DNA of 64,000 nt, from NCBI GenBank assembly GCA_013239625.1, contig MU056216.1, forward strand, positions 7,748,363 through 7,812,362, in the 5' to 3' direction. The stretch comes from Lama guanicoe (lineage: Eukaryota). The notes beneath the pieces are model-generated. The model saw only the letters and a program-made list of their open reading frames with translations. It searched no databases and was not told where the DNA came from. The number at the start of each line of letters is the position of its first letter. Position 1 is the stretch's first letter. A program made the position numbers and the translations under genes. Below are positions 63,831 to 64,000 of this stretch, in pieces.

Positions 63831-64000
63831 TCCCTGCTGCTGCTTCCAAGAGGATTAGGCTAAAGCTACCAGGCAAGGCAAGCATTACACAGACATGGGT
63901 GACTCAGGCAGGCAGAAACAACGTAAAGCTCCAATCCACAGTCTCACTTCATTCCCGACCTAACTCCTCGAGCTGTGTTTCTGCTCTAACATTGCAAAGA

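Noticed and set aside
1-64000. A nested gene or novel multi-component system
   Set aside because: All credible coding signal belongs to DCLK1; I recognised no snoRNA, miRNA, retrogene or viral ORF, though small ncRNAs cannot be excluded without an Rfam/Infernal scan

Overview
Mammalian genomic DNA from a draft assembly with six N-runs. It is very probably camelid, because it carries two tRNA-Ala-derived SINEs of the Vic-1 type. The window is the 3' half of DCLK1 (doublecortin-like kinase 1) on the + strand. It holds the alternative terminal exon of the kinase-less CARP/DCL isoforms (3344-3400, DLYRPLSSEDLDSVGDSV*) with a putative ~5 kb 3' UTR. Ten in-phase coding exons follow (14397-51862, 1023 nt = 341 codons), encoding the Ser/Pro linker end, the complete CaMK-like kinase domain and the start of the C-tail. 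The DCX-domain exons lie upstream and the last exon lies downstream of the window. The known C-terminal cassette exon is not visible and may sit in the gap at 57071-57458. The rest is intron with ancient repeats (MIR, L2, CR1/L3, L1M, MER5, MER58A), a solo LTR, microsatellites, a 29-bp minisatellite and CTCF-like motifs. I find no convincing undescribed multi-gene system. The best leads are fine-scale: a tandem donor/acceptor pair at the linker, a 138-codon open frame running into the CARP exon, a G-D-x-V C-terminus, a sense LTR with a poly(A) signal next to the DFG exon, and a convergent CTCF pair. All family assignments and human/rodent comparisons are from recognition and memory, not database searches.
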